A stretch of DNA of 64,000 bases from positions 8,703 to 72,702 of the forward strand of contig JACPZX010000016.1 of the NCBI GenBank assembly GCA_016195325.1. Direction: 5' to 3'. This stretch comes from Acidobacteriota bacterium (GTDB lineage Bacteria; Acidobacteriota; Polarisedimenticolia; JACPZX01). Both the position numbers and the translations under genes were made by a program. Shown one piece after another: positions 63,726 through 64,000 of the stretch. Every line of letters starts with the position of its first letter. The first letter of the stretch is position 1. The notes beneath the pieces are model-generated. The model ran no database searches and was not told the DNA's origin. It saw only the letters and a list, made by a program, of their open reading frames with translations.

Positions 63726-64000
63726 TCAGGTGGGACGGGAGATGCCGAGCTTGCTCATCCGGGCTTCGAGGGTGGTCCGCTTGAGGCCGAGAATCTTCGC
63801 GGCCCCCTTCTCGCCGCTCACGCGCCAGCCCACGCTCTCGAGGACCGACAGGATGTGCTCGCGCTCGATCTCCTCGAGGGAGTCCCCCGTCGTCTTCCGC
63901 GATCGGGCAACGGGGGCTGCCAGCGAGTCGTCCAGCTCGAGCCGGTTGTTCCGCGAGAGGATGACCGCCCGCTCGATGACGTTCTGCAGCTCCCTCACGT
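63726..64000 (-). CDS. Sigma54-dependent transcriptional activator (NtrC family), C-terminal fragment running off the right edge
   Basis: The …RELQNVIERAVILS… end of the AAA+ sigma54-interaction domain, followed by a Fis-type HTH (GEKGAAKILGLKRTTLEARMSKLGI). Confidence 0.8.
   Translation of the reverse strand, partial: VRELQNVIERAVILSRNNRLELDDSLAAPVARSRKTTGDSLEEIEREHILSVLESVGWRVSGEKGAAKILGLKRTTLEARMSKLGISRPT

Overview
This is a high-GC (~68%), gene-dense window from a Gram-negative bacterium. By gene order it looks Myxococcota/Acidobacteriota-like. Nearly all genes can be placed; most of the long ORFs in the six-frame track lie antisense to real genes and were set aside.

Layout, left to right:
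- A type IV pilus motor cluster on the minus strand: pilB, pilT and the start of pilC. Divergent from it is a PIG-V-like GT-C glycosyltransferase.
- A housekeeping block: metallophosphoesterase, aroK, thiE, accB-accC and an M24 aminopeptidase.
- A second type IV pilus block on the minus strand: pilM-N-O-P-Q. It is followed, in the same transcript, by an unassigned small lipoprotein and then a terminator.
- Next to that, an unusual pair: a TPR protein with a FimV-C-like terminal motif and an internal 12-residue tandem repeat, plus a roadblock/LC7 protein.
- rpmB, ridA, relA/spoT, secF, secD, yajC and pgeF.
- A putative envelope module: a TPR protein, a Hanks-type Ser/Thr kinase with a PEGA ectodomain, a FadL-like outer-membrane barrel and two tandem paralogous secreted TPR proteins.
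- A hotdog thioesterase, an extended GlpX-like bisphosphatase and a convergent long class II aldolase-like gene.
- A ~990-aa secreted LVIVD beta-propeller / thrombospondin-type-3 repeat protein.
- The canonical cell-shape cluster: mreB, mreC, mreD, mrdA, rodA and rng.
- A FecR-domain membrane protein translationally coupled to a GAF-GGDEF cyclase.
- A frameshifted ppiD.
- tRNA-Ala with a lysine-rich mini-ORF beside it.
- An M19 dipeptidase and two tandem PAP2 phosphatases.
- A selenocysteine tRNA (selC-like). Beyond it the region looks accessory: YaeQ, a cNMP-binding/DUF1003 fusion, a polytopic membrane protein, a spermidine-synthase-like pseudogene (lost 5' end, in-frame TAG), an IS4-family transposase, an Ig/HYR-like gene fragment, two secreted hypotheticals, a STAS protein and the 3' end of a sigma54 activator.

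No CRISPR array, rRNA gene or integrase was seen.

Caveats: all calls rest on manual translation and recall of family motifs. Start codons in this GC-rich DNA are often non-ATG and uncertain by tens of nucleotides.
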